The notes beneath the pieces were generated by a model. The model searched no databases, had not been told where the DNA came from, and saw only the letters and a list, made by a program, of their open reading frames with translations. DNA of 64,000 nucleotides, taken from positions 1 to 64,000 of the forward strand of contig RHPI01001831.1 of the NCBI GenBank assembly GCA_009103225.1, given 5' to 3'. The translations under genes were made by a program, and so were the position numbers. Shown here piece by piece: positions 23,230-35,407 of the stretch. The stretch is from Chlorokybus atmophyticus (Eukaryota > Plantae > Mesostigma and Chlorokybus algae). The first letter of the stretch is position 1, and each line of letters opens with the position of its first letter.

Positions 23230-23620
23230 ATGCCGCCCTACTCCCATGGACGACAACGACTCGCCTACGCATCCACGCAAACGCCCACGGACCAGACAGT
23301 CCAGGACATACACATTCGCGTGGCAGGACAAAACTGCAGCCATCAACGCAAGAGCGCAAGCCCGTGGTGCTGCTCGCGCTTCCGTTCCTCAACCAACGAT
23401 CGCTGGCCCATCGTCCGGCACAACACCTCTGAGCGTCGAAACCGACATTGACCAGGCGAGGGCGCTGGCCCAACAAACCAGGGGGGTGATCGCCCCGCTG
23501 CTACCCGCCTTGGTGGAAGATCTGCCTGACGATCAACGAGATTCAGGAAGAGGCTACCTTACACCTTAAGGGTGTACACAACGGGATGGAGCAGGCCTAG
23601 TTGGAGAACAGCAAGTTCGC
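23230..23620 (+). repeat. Relic of the gag-pol intervening region of the DNMT/PHD Gypsy family
   Basis: Homologous to 31620-31300 (minus). Both translate to F.W.D..AAINARA..PTIAGPSS..ARALA.QT..VIAPLLPAL.EDLPDD..GRGYLTP. Confidence 0.75.
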
Positions 23621-23774
23621 ATCGCCCTATTGCGACAAGCAACCATGCTACATCGACAAGAAGGCATTGGCCTTAGACAGATGATGGGGATACTACGAGA
23701 AGGTGGCAATGCAGCGCGAGCCTAGTGACTTGGCTAGTCACCAATCACCCCGCAGTCTCTTTTGTTCGCATTTG

Positions 23775-26499
23775 TGTTAGCATGAGCATGTCTTGCACAC
23801 CGCTCAGTCCAGTCAGCTTGTGAATTGGCTAAGGCATGAGCCTTAGAGATAATGCTACTAGGGTGAGCTGATATCGATCAGTCATGAGTCTGTAGCAGAT
23901 ATCGAGTCCACTACGCGGAGTATGACAAAGCTGGAGACTCCGGACTTGCTCATGAGGCTGGCGCAGCTTGACGCAGCCAACGCCTTGGGAGAACGGCAAG
24001 AACTCCGTGTGTGCTTAGTCTTAAGAGGCGTGGCTTAGCTTGTTGGAAAGCTTTGGCTATAAGCTAAACATCTAAGCTTACATAATGCCAATCAGCTGAG
24101 TATAGCTCACGCGGTGCTTGGTAAAGTAGACATGTGTAGTCTGGCTGGTATAAAGGCCAACAAAATTAACAAGTTGTTGGTTCGGGTGAAACCCCTTTGC
24201 AAGCCTTGTGTGCACGCCTTGTGTGTATGTTCTAGTGCATGTGTATGCTATAGTTGGCCAGCGCTAGCTCAGTGTTCAACAGGTTATGGGCCCACACTGC
24301 TAGTGGTTCAAGAGAGGAGACAACACTACAACTAGTGGAAAAGCTGAGCGGAACTGCTACTTGCGGAAGACCACTAAAGAAGGCGTGACAAGATGGCAGA
24401 AGATGAAGGCTCTAGAGTCAGGTTGTCGGTGGCACCTCTGGACCTGGAGAACTACAGCACATGGAGCATAAAGATGAAGGCGCTCCTGAAGCACAAGGGT
24501 TTGTGGAAGTAGGCCGATCCCAACGGTGACGCACCTGTAGAGGGTACGCAGAGTGTGTGGTTGGAGAAGAGTGAAAAGGCACTTGCATTGCTATGCTTGA
24601 ACATGAAGGATCACTATCTTGTGATGCTTGATGACTGTGAGCATGCCAAGGAAGCGTTGCAAAAGCTGGCAGATACATTCAAAGCAAGCAACAATGCAAG
24701 GAAGCTGCAGCTCGGAAGGCAGCTGAACGCGCTGAAGAAGAAGTCAGTGGAGCCTATATCTCCAAGTATGGCGGGACGAGCAAGGGATTTGTGGCAAGAC
24801 CTCACTTCGATAGGCCACGAGGTGAAGGAGGTGGAGCTGGTTTGGGCTATCCTCTCCAGTCTTCCTGAGGAGAGTGACGTGGTGGTGGTCGTGCTTGAGA
24901 CGCTAAGGGAAGAACTCAAGCTCAATGTGGTGCTGCCCATGCTGCTTCAACAAGAAGAGACGATAGGCTGGAGAAGGGATGAAGCAGATTCGGTGGCGTT
25001 TGCTGCTTCAAGCTTAAAAAAAGGAAGTCAAGGTGGAGGAGGAGGCTCGTACAACGGTGGCAACAGAAGGGGAAGGACTACAAGAAGACCCTCAAGTGTC
25101 ATCATTGTGGGAAGAAGGACCACTTCAAGATGGAATGCCGGCTGTGGTTAGCGGAGCAAGAGAAGGTGAAGGGTGGCGGACACGACAACAAGGGTGAGAA
25201 ACCCATGGCGTTCATAGCAGCATCATCAAGATCTGCTACTGCTTGGGTGTTGGACTCCAGGTGTGAACAAGCATCTCACCTTTGACAAGGAGCAGTTCCA
25301 GGGCTACAGGCTTATGGACAAGCCTGTCATGGTCACATTTGGAAGCAGTGAGGAAGCAGCCATTGGCATGGGGGACATCCACCTCAAATGCAGTGTTGAC
25401 GGAGCTGAGAGGCAAGCGTGCTTGCGCAACGTGTTACATGTTCCCCGAGCGGTTGTTTATCTAGTCTCAGTGCGTGCTGCAAGAGCTGGGGCTATGACGG
25501 TGTTTGAGGAAGATCATGGGCGTGTATATTGTTTGATGGGGTCATGTACATGATCGGCAAAGATTATGGAGGAGGAGAGTATCATGTAAAGCTTGCTAGA
25601 GTGCAAGCGTATACTGCATCGACAAAAGAGTTTGCAGCGCTGTGGTGCAAGCGTATACCGCATCGATGACTTGGACATCTCGGCTACGATAACCTCACCA
25701 GGCTGGTAAAGGAAGACCGTCTTCCACCATGTGACATGGCATCAACAAAAAGCCGGAGGAGTTCAACACCATGCAAGAGTGTTGTGTGAACCCTGTGTGC
25801 TAACGAAGCAACGAAGACTGCCATTCCCAGCATCACACAGTGTGACAACCAAGCCTCTGCAATCAGTACACTCCGATGTATGCGGACCACTGCCTGTTGC
25901 AAGTGCTGAAGGGTACAGGTAGTTCTGTACATTCCTGGATGACTACAGCAAGGTTGCGGTGGTGGTGCCCCTGCATTTCAAGTTGGAAGTGTCGGCACAG
26001 CTGAAGAAGGTACTCACCCTAATGGAGAAACAGATAGAAGAGAAGGCGGTGACAGTGCGGTCAGACATAGGTGGAGATTACATCAGCAAGGAGTTGAAGA
26101 CCTGGTTGGCCGAGCACGGGATCACGCACCTTTACACGGCACCCTGCACCCCGCAGCAGAACGGAGCAGCTGAGAGGCTGAACAGAACCATGTTGGAGAA
26201 AGTCAGAGCAATGCTAGGGGACGCAAAAATGCAAGACCATAGGTGGGGAGATGCACTGCTTACTGCAGCGTATGTGCGCAATCGCTCATCGGGAGCATCT
26301 CAAGCAAAGACACCGTGGGAGCTTTTCATCAAGCAAAGGCCAGACATCTCTATGTTGAAGGTTTTCGTCTCTACAGCATATGTTTTCATCCCCTAGCGAC
26401 CGTGAAAGAAGCTGGCGCCCAAAAGCAAAAAGGGCGTGTTTATTGGCTATGAGCTCGACTCAAAGGCCTACCGCGTGCTGCTGGAAGATGACAAGGTGG
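23775..26499 (+). mobile_element. Ty1/Copia retrotransposon, 3'-truncated (5' LTR, PBS, gag, protease, integrase)
   Basis: The LTR ends TCAACA at 24281; its start at about 23775 is uncertain. PBS GGTTATGGGCCCA is at 24282-24294. Order is gag-PR-INT. No RT or RNase H is present. Confidence 0.85.
24393..26499 (+). pseudogene. Copia gag-pol pseudogene
   Basis: LENYSTWSIKMKALL, CHHCGKKDHFKMEC knuckle, WVLDS, LGHLGYDNL, CEPCVLTK, VHSDVCGP, FLDDYSK, RSDIGGDY and PQQNGAAERLNRT. Several stops and frameshifts are present. Confidence 0.9.
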
Positions 26500-26991
26500 T
26501 GTTGGAGTTTAGGACCTGGTTCTGCCGTCTTTAGACTTCAGGCAGCTTAATCTGGCTAGGTAGTTAGCAGTTTTGTACTTAGCAATATATTTGAGTATAG
26601 GACATATCTCTGCCGCCTCTAGACTCTAGTCAGCTTAATCTGGCTGGATACTCATTGGTTTGTACTTAGCAGACTCTAGACCTGTCGAGTTTCCTAACAG
26701 TCCTGGCAGTTTCGACCGTTTAGGGCTTTGTTAGTTTTTGACCAAACCTGACCTGTATGACTACTTGGTAGTTGAAAAGGTTATTTGGGTATAAGGGGAC
26801 GCCCATACACGTTTGTAATGATTCACTTTCACTTGTGCTTGAGTCTGGTGGTGGCAAGGCTAGAATCCGGCGTGGCCTGGACGGGGTTTGGTCTGGCGTG
26901 GTCTGACTGGTCATTTTGCACAGACTGTCTGAGGGTGTTGTGTTGTGTATTCACGCCTAGGTAGCTCACATCTCAACAGGTTATGGGCCCA
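26500..26991 (+). mobile_element. Second, unrelated Copia LTR (26500-26978) plus PBS
   Basis: TGTTGG...CTCAACA followed by GGTTATGGGCCCA (26979-26991). An internal about 90-bp duplication lies near 26521 and 26610. It interrupts the first Copia integrase. Confidence 0.75.
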
Positions 26992-27165
26992 CATACGCTG
27001 GGTATTAAGCTGGTATAGGCATTTTGGCGGAACATTTACTTTGATCGTAGCTTTCTAAGTCTGCGCCATTCTGGTGATACTGTGGAGGTCTGGGCGCCTG
27101 AAACTGCTTTTTCTTTTTTGGCCTGATTTGGGCTTGTTTTTGAGCGGGGGGGGTGTTATGACGAC

Positions 27166-30100
27166 CAGCTACTTGACCATGCTTGGGTGAAACGTTGTAA
27201 CATACCATTCACACCAGCCACGTCTTATGTGCGTGCTGCTGGTTCCACCCTCAGTGCACTTGGGGAGGTGAAGGGTCGTTTTCTTATTGCTGGCCATACA
27301 TCTCGACTTGCCTTCATCGTAGTGGATATAAGTATCCCTGGGGTGGATGTTGTGTTGGGAGAGCAGTGGCACACCGAGGCAGGGTTACAACTCGATTCTC
27401 AAACCAACACGTGCACACTTCGTAAAGGTCAACGAAAGGTGACTTTGAAAGCACATTGTGTGGCACGTGTTGAACGCAATATCGTTCCGCTCCTCGCTGC
27501 TATGCAATCAAAACGTTGTATGCGCAAACGTGGGGAAGTGTATTTGATGCACTCACAACAGGTAGAACACTTGCAAACCAGGATATTACTGATCCTGTTG
27601 TGCACTCTCTTACGAAACAATATGCAGATGTGTTTTGAGATGAGCTCCCGGAGCTACCTCCTGACCGAAACACACCATACTATTCCGTCGGAAGAGGGCG
27701 CAAAGCCACCATGGCAACCTATGTATTGGTTAAGCCCCTTTGAACACGCGAAAATGAAAAGACAGCTCAAAGAGCTATTAGACAAAGGTTAAATAGCAAA
27801 GAGCATATTTCCTTATGGTGCACCTATTTTGTTTGTGCTAAAAAAAAATGGCAAACTACGCATGTGTATAGATTACCGTGCGTTGAACAACGTAGCTGTG
27901 AAAAATCGATATCCTTTGCCACGCATAGATGATATGTTGAATAAGCTCAGGTGCAACAGTGTTAAGCACACTGGATCTGACCAGTGGGTATCATTAAATT
28001 CATCCAGCACATGTGCAGAAAACAGCATTTTGCACCCCAATAGGCCACTTTGAATACAACGTATTGCCTTTCGGGTTAACCAATGCTCCTGCTATATCTC
28101 AATCAGAAATGAATGCAATCTTTTCTATGAATTGTACAAGTTTGTGTACTGAATGATATTATTGTGTTCAGCAAAACGCGGGAACAGCACCACAAACATG
28201 TCGAAATGGCTCTGTCCAAGCTGCGCAAACACAAATTTTATGCAAATCTATCCAAGTGCAACTTTGCAAAGGATGAACTCCCCTTTTTGGAACATATTAT
28301 TGGCAAACAAGAATTGAAACTAGATCCTTAAAAGGTATCTGCGGTGAAGGATTGCCGTCACCCAAGGATGTGCATCAATTACGTGCTTTCTTGGGGTTAG
28401 CTAATTACTTTCGCAAGTTCATGCGCGCATACTCGAGCATGGCAGATCCCTTAACATCTTTATTGCGAAAAGATGTCAACTTTTTGTGGACAGAGGCACA
28501 CGAGGTTGCTTTCACACGCATAAAAGATGCATTGTCTCAAGCACCTGTGTTGACTTTTTCAGACCACAAAGCCTTGTGGTTATCTGTGATGCTTCAACCA
28601 TTGGGTGTGGGGCAGTCCTTCCGCAGGATGATAGACCATGTGGGTATGAAAGCAGAAAGTTCATTCCTGCTGAGCGCAACTACAAGACCACTTTGCAAAA
28701 GCTGCTCGGGGTTGCATGCGTTACGCACGTGGCGTTGCTATTCGGAAGGGGTAGAGTTTTTAGTGATTACTGATCATAACCCATTGACCTTTTTTCATAC
28801 GCAACACAACCTGTCAAGACGGCAAGCTAGGTGGTATGAGTTCATTTTTCGATTCACTTTTACTTGGCAATACCGTCCGGGTCGCACCAATGTGGCAGAT
28901 CCACTAAGTCGCAGCCCTGCACTTTTGGCACTCACACGTTCTCGCAGTACGCGTGACTCGCCACAACCTAAGGACCCTTTTTCAAAGAACGTCTCCATAG
29001 GTTATGCTGTGGATGATTGGTTTAGCAGTCAACCCAACTTACAACAACTCACTGCTGTTGGCAATCTGTGGTATAAAGGAGAGCAGTTGGTAGTCCCTAA
29101 CTCGGGCAACTTGCGCACGCAATGCTTGCAATCATTGCACGACCCACCGTATGCTGGGCATTTGGGTAAACAGAAAACACTCAAATCTGCGCAACAGTTA
29201 TTGGTGGCCGTCAATGTCTGCTGATGTGGATCAATATATTCGCACATGTGATATGTGTCAGTGAAATAAGCTAAAACGACAAAACAAGCGGGATTGCATA
29301 AGCCGTTGGCAATTCCGGAGCACAAATGGGATAGCGTCAGCATGGATTGAATCACTGATCTACCTGACACAGCAGCAAAGTATACTGCTATTGTGGTTTT
29401 TGTCGATCGATTAACAAAAGTGGTGCACTTCGCCCCGTGTTTGTTGAAGGTATTATATGGGTGATGCTTGTATCCGGTCAGCTTGCCCTTCATACAGGAG
29501 TCGAGGGTCGAAGGTACCAGGAAGAAGCGCGTGGACACCAGACTTAGCAAGACGGTCGAGTCATGACGGACTCCGGACCAGGCTGCTTGGTAGAGCCTTG
29601 GGAGAAATCGCGTAGCTTTGTGGATACGTAAGCTTAGCAGGCGTGGCTTAACTTGTTGGAAAGCTCTGGTTGTGAGCTAGACAGCGTAGCTTACAGAACA
29701 GCAATCGGCTGAGTATAGCGCACGCGTTGCTTGCCAATGTGGACGTGTGTAGAGACTGGCGGGGTATAAAGCCCAGACTTGTTGCAATGAAGAAGAGAGG
29801 TCACGATGTAGCATGTGTGCGGATGCTATGGCGGCAGTAGCAGTCATGCTCTTGTGTTGATGTTGTTGGCGTGTCACTTGCACGTGTGTATGTCAACAGT
29901 GTTGCATGACAATTCGTGCTCGGGACTTGGCACATTTGTGTTGACGATCTTTAGGGCACACGGTGTACCTCGTGAGCTCACTACGGATCGAGATCCTCGC
30001 TTTGTTATCAAATTCTGAAAGGAGGTCTGTGATTGTTGGGGGTGACATAAAGCATGTCAACTGCTTTCCACCCGCAAACAGATGGTCAAACAAAGTGAGC

Positions 30101-30606
30101 GAATAGAATTTTAGAAAAAATGCTTCGCCACTATGTGGCTCCCTATCATACTGATTGGGACAGGTACTTGCCAATGGGAGAGTTCGCTGTGCACAATGCA
30201 TGGCAGGAGAGTGTAAGGGAAACCACATTTTTCTTGAATTATGGGATTCACCCTAACACACCCGCTTCATTGCGCGTACCTCGCAATGATCTTTATGTGC
30301 TAGCGGCAAAGGAATTTGCCACTACTATGCAAGAACATTTGGCTCGAGCCAAGCTATGTTTGTCACAAGCACAGGACAGGCAAAAAGCTTACGCTGAAAG
30401 GTACAGGGGCGCGCAAGTTGTTGCCCCGATGGTTATGACCATTCTCTATTATCAATAGAGTTGTTGCGCATGCTTACTGACTGCAATTGCCCCCGAGCAT
30501 GCGTGTGCACAACGTGTTCCATGTGAACTTGTTGAAACCCTACCGCTCTAACGGTAGAACACAGCCTCCACCACCGCCACACTCAGGTGGACAGCGAGCT
30601 TGAAAA
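27166..30606 (+). pseudogene. Chromovirus pol pseudogene
   Basis: [88 protein letters not shown] and HTDWDRYLP. Many stops and frameshifts are present. Confidence 0.9.
29442..29898 (+). mobile_element. Solo LTR (Copia family of 23775-24281) inside the chromovirus integrase
   Basis: TGTTGA...TCAACA with a perfect 5-bp TSD GTGTT (29437-29441 and 29899-29903). It shares AGGCGTGGCTTA.CTTGTTGGAAAGCT and GCTGAGTATAGC blocks with 24027-24110. Confidence 0.92.
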
Positions 30607-30889
30607 TGTAAGGTCGAGGGGAGTCGAGGGTCACACTGTCTCGGGCCGCTGCAGGGAAAATCATGCTTGCTAGCCCTGCTGCTGCAACATGTTACAACAT
30701 GTAGCAAAGTAAAAGATAACACAGCTTGTATGGCGAGGAGTGCTTGGTGGAGCTGCTCTGCTGTTGCTGAGTCACACGGACATGTGGAGGCGGTGTCCTC
30801 CTTAGAGTACATGCTGTGCTGTAGGACACACAGTCAACAAGCCACCCCCCCTGAGCTTCTGGGGAGGTTCCAGCTCCAGAGCTCAGCTG

Positions 30890-31310
30890 TTAACGCATGT
30901 GAGGAGGACCATTGGTGCAGTCGTCGCACCAGTACTCCTCCATGGGTATTGCGTACAATGGGGGCTCCAGACAGTAGCAATGCAGGCCCTTGTTGCAGCC
31001 ATCGCCGAGCATCATGAGTGCGTCGTCGCCGGCACTGCCGCACCGTTCACAGCGTGTGCTGCGGGCGGGGCGAGGGTGCTGGATGCGCGAAGTAAGGGGT
31101 GGACATGGCGCGCAGTTCACCATGTTGTCTTTCAACCTCTCGCCATTCTGACCAAGGAGGTCCAGCACTCCTATGGGGTACACCTTGAGTACCTTGTAGA
31201 CAGTGCGGCCCACGGAGGTGTCGAGCGTGTCCTTGGTAGCCGCGATAGGCAAAGTCTTCTGCTTAAAACCGCCGTTGGCGCTCTCTGTAGAAGCCCCGAT
31301 TGAACCTGCT
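30890..31310 (-). pseudogene. Integrase C-terminus plus PHD finger remnant
   Basis: DTLDTSVGRTVYKVLKV..DNMVNCAPC..RSTRCERCGSAGDD..HCYCLEPPL..YWCDDC, homologous to 3960-4405. One PHD Cys is now Gly, and an upstream stop is present. Confidence 0.9.
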
Positions 31311-32679
31311 CCATCTCGTTGTGTCCACCCTTGCGGTGTGAGGTAGCCTCTCCCGGGATCTTGTTAATCGTCAGGCAAGTCTTCCAACAAGGCGGGTAGC
31401 AGCGGGGCGATCACCACCCTGGTTTGATAGGCCAGCGCCCTCGTCTGGTCGTTGTCGGGCCCATCAACGAGAGGTGCCGTACTGGATGATGGGCCAGCGA
31501 TTGTGGGTTGAAAAACGCCAGCGAGCGTTGGCAAGGGCGTGTGCTCTTGCGTTGATTGCTGCTGCTTGGTCCTGTCGCCAGGTGAACGCCTGTTCCAGCG
31601 CGGTGTAGCGCTCATAAAGTCGAATGGTATTGAGGGGCCTCAGTGCTTCGTTGTCACCCAGAGGCATGTCGGCTGTATCAGCGATGTGCTGCTGTACGTT
31701 GGGTGGCCCGTCCCATTACGTGTCCATTGGGCTGGGCTCAAAGGGTTCATGACGGACTGGTGCGGTTGGCGTGGCGCCGTCTGCATGTCGTCATGCAGAG
31801 TCTAGAACAAGTGTAGTGCCAACTCCAGTACAACAGGTGTTCTGACTACGAAGACACAGTTTTGCATGGGAGGCACTGTGCCGGCGAGGATTTCATCCTC
31901 CAGTTGCCGCTGAGTCTGTTCTGGCAGCGTGTGATATTCAGGCAGTGGGAAGACTCGGTCACTGCGTTCAACGCGTGTTGTGCGCTCCCCTCCGCGCCCA
32001 AAGCAATGGTAGTGGGATCTGCTCCACGCATAATGGTCTCCCAAGCACGCTCAGCTTGCTGATCTCGCGGGACAGCTTGAGTGACGTCGAGGGCGGGCAA
32101 TGTAGCTGCGCGTGTCGCTGCGGTGGCAGCAGGCTCGACAATGGCACTGCTGGTGGTGGTGAGAGTGCCGCTCAAATAGCGCAAGGGTGGTCTCAACGCT
32201 TGCTGACACAGGTGGCTCTGCAGTTGGAGCGGGACCGGCGCGACCTACTGCTGCAGGGTCGGTGACAGCGGTGGCTGTTGCCAGCGTGCTCACCAGTGTT
32301 GGCGTTACGGTGCTCACTGGTATACCAACTTCTGGTGAAATTGGAGCAGTTGCTGCTGATGTTGACGGAGGCGACGCCGTAGCCAGTGTAACTGTTGCTG
32401 CTGGTGCAATACCACTGGTGGCTTCAGAGGAGGTGGCTGCTGACGATGTTGCGGCATCCCCTCGAACTTGCTGGGATGGTTGAATACGCAACAGAGTGCT
32501 GGTGTCCCTCGTGCGCTTTGGAGCCATCAGTGCCCACCGGGCAGAGTAACAGGCGCGGTAGTCCTGCTCCTTGTCTTCTTCTAAGCGTGCCATACGCGCC
32601 ATGAGGGCAGCCATATGGTCATCAGCTGGCGGGTTGGCTGGAGCCTTGGCGGCAACAGCAGCAGCAGCGCGCGGACGTC

Positions 32680-34065
32680 CTACCAGTCCCTTACGCTGAG
32701 GAGGGCGATTCTTCCCCCTAGGCCTTGCTCTTCCTTGCGAGCGTTGGCGCAGTTGTTGGTGTTGTTATGGCCTCCGGTGTTGTTGCTGTTGTAGCCACCA
32801 GAGTTGTTGCCGTTGTGGCCTCCAGTGTTGTTGCTGTTGTAGCCACCAGAGTTGTTGCTGTTGACAGGTCTCAACTTAGTGAACTTAAGCCAGCAAACTG
32901 TCTCCAAGTGGCCTGTCTTGTGACAGTAGTCGCAGACCAGAGTTGAGTACTCTTCGGTGCACTCCTTTTGGTAGTGCCCATGCCGTCCACAGCGATGACA
33001 CAGCACAGGGGCAGGCAAAGCAGTATGCGCTGACCGTTTCCCTTTGTCGCGTGCTGGTGGAGCGTCCCGGCCACGTTCGCGGCAAGGAGGCTCGACAGTT
33101 GTGCTGGCTACAGGCCGTGAGGCGCTGCGGTTGGTGTCCAGCACTGCCTTCTCATATACCAAGCGCTTATGGATGGCTTGTGCAGTCTCGAAAGCTTCCT
33201 TGAGCGTGTAGCCAAGGGGTCTGCTGTAGTTCAGGGTCAGGCGCGTTGACTCGCTTAGGGTGGCATCCAACTCATTGACACATACCACTGCAGCAGCCTC
33301 GTCACTGACAATCTTGCAGCCAGTGTCCTTCAACAGAAGTTCCAGTCTTGAGTACAGGCGTATAGGGCCCTCGTTGGGCTTTCGCCGGAACCGCCTCAAC
33401 TCCTCCACTTTGCTAGTGGGCTGCGGTGGGAAAGTGCGACGAAGTGCAGCGTATAGATCCTTGAGTGGAGAGTCAGAGATGGCAGCACCTACAGTGATGG
33501 CTGGTGCGCGCAATGTAACTGACCCGAGGGTAAAAGCACTGCCTCCCGCACGAGAGCCAGGTGTTGCCATAGGTAGGGGTGTGCCCACCTCAGCGGCTGC
33601 TGTTCGTTGTTCTTCAAGGATGACAGCAGAAGGGTCCAGGATCCGGGCCCGTCGTGCAGCCGTCTTGATCTCAATCTCTGCAGGGGTCATATTGACGACC
33701 ACCAACTCAGGTTCCTCTTCCTCTGCTCTATCAGTGGCTGCCGCTATGGACAACCCGGTGACGGCAGCGGGAGTGGCAGGTGGAAAGACGGCTGCTGGAC
33801 TGTGCCGTGACGCAAATGCTATGGTACTGGCGAGCTCGCCATAGCCATCAACTCGATGCAGTTCAGCAACAGACTTCTAGACATCATGTACTTCATGGTC
33901 CAGATACTGAGCGGCAATGTGAAAAGAGATCTCATCTGACCAGTCTTTGTTCTTCAAAGCCTGCTGTCGCATCTTGGAGCGGAACTTGATGATGAATTCG
34001 TCCAGCGAGGTAGTGCCAGCACGTCCGCAGAAACAAAGGGATGTGGTTGAGCTGAAAGACTCCAT
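32680..34065 (-). pseudogene. Gag with two CCHC zinc knuckles
   Basis: FCGRAG..LDEFIIKF..AAQYL; one in-frame TAG at about 33877; KVEELRRFRRKPNEG; CHRCGRHGHYQKEC and CDYCHKTGHLETVC; C-terminal NNSGGYNSNNTGGH repeats. Confidence 0.85.
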
Positions 34066-35088
34066 CTCGTAGTCGTCACTGTCGCACGAGAGTGGGAAGC
34101 TCGATGCCGTGGAGTGGACAGGAACGGAGTGAAGTTGAAGACAGCACGAAAGCCTCTGCTGCTATGATCGTTGCCCCCGCCGTTGGTACGCTCGTAGGTG
34201 AGGTTGGAGGTTGGGCTCCAGCTGATGAGGTCACCCTTGTCTATTGGAGAGAACGGGGCGGGCCTGCTTATACAGCGAGTCCAAAGGTGAAAGTGTATGC
34301 AGGGTAGAGTGTTTGTGCTCTATCGCCTGTCGCGATGCCACTACCACTCACCACACTAGTGCCTGTGTGCGCTATGTAATGACAGTGATAACGAATGCAC
34401 AGGGATGTGTCCCCAGATACAGACTGCACTATCTGATGCAGAATGCAACGCACTCACTTGAGCAAAGAGGGCGACACTATGAGTCAACAAGCCACTATTA
34501 TAGGTAGTGCTGTTTACACAGTTCTTTGCATGAGCGGAAAATGTGTTACACTGTTAAGTGAGGTGAATGAGCAAGCAACACGTGAATACTATGCCCTAAC
34601 TGATGCCAACAACCACACTGCACCCAGGCACACCAAGCTCACAGCGATGATAAGCACGATGCACACACGAGCATGCACAGGCTCTCACACAGTGAAAGGG
34701 TTCTTAATAACCGGGATGGCGTGTTCGCAGTTCAAGTCGTTTCACAAGCTCCCAGCTTTCTCACTCACAGTGTCACCAGCTGATCCGGTGAACACTGTGA
34801 CTACTTATACAAGTCACATCATGACTGTTCAGAACATAAGCTAACGGTCATATCGAGGCTATTTCCACAGCGATTGTCACTCGATATAAAACACAACTTA
34901 TAACTGAACACACAACTAAACAGCTACGCGCGGTGCCTATATAGGCTATGGTCGTGAGCTACCCTGAAGTCATGACCTAGCTACAGGTCAGGGACGCGCG
35001 CGCGTTGGTATGCTGGTAGGCCGGGCGACGGTTTCGATGTAGACATGCCCGATGAAGGCAGGTATGTGTGGGCACTAGGCAGGACAAA

Positions 35089-35262
35089 TATGAGGTGGAA
35101 GCAATATTGGACTGTAAGCTAAACAAGCGTGGACGCGCGACCCGCTGTGTAGTCAAATGGAAAGGGTATGGCTCGGAACATAACAGTTGCGAGCCCGACA
35201 GGCATCTCACACACTGCCGTGAGTTGCTTCGAGCTTACTGGGATGTACATCCCACCCCGTGA
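35089..35262 (+). CDS. Chromodomain (detached C-terminus of the chromovirus integrase)
   Basis: YEVEAILD..VVKWKGYGSEHNSCEP..L..C.ELL..YW. Confidence 0.88.
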   Translation, partial: YEVEAILDCKLNKRGRATRCVVKWKGYGSEHNSCEPDRHLTHCRELLRAYWDVHPTP

Positions 35263-35407
35263 ACTGTGGGCTTGGTTGTGACAGATTGGCAGTGCAGTTT
35301 CATTACCACCCTACCATTTCCTGCTATCTCACTGGTGTCACTGACTCGGGACTAAGCCTGATCGACTTAAGTTGAACGAGGACGTTAAAAACCTAAGTGG
35401 GGGGGAA

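Larger units (their letters stand above)
30607..35086 (-). mobile_element. Internally deleted member of the DNMT/PHD Gypsy family with dissimilar ends (B at 5', A at 3')
   Basis: Starts TGTCCTGCC and ends CCTTACA on the minus strand. Flanks are AAAA (30603-30606) and AATA (35087-35090), a 4-bp TSD with one mismatch. Removing the element and one copy restores GAG CTT GAA TAT GAG GTG (ELEYEV) of the host chromodomain. Confidence 0.88.
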
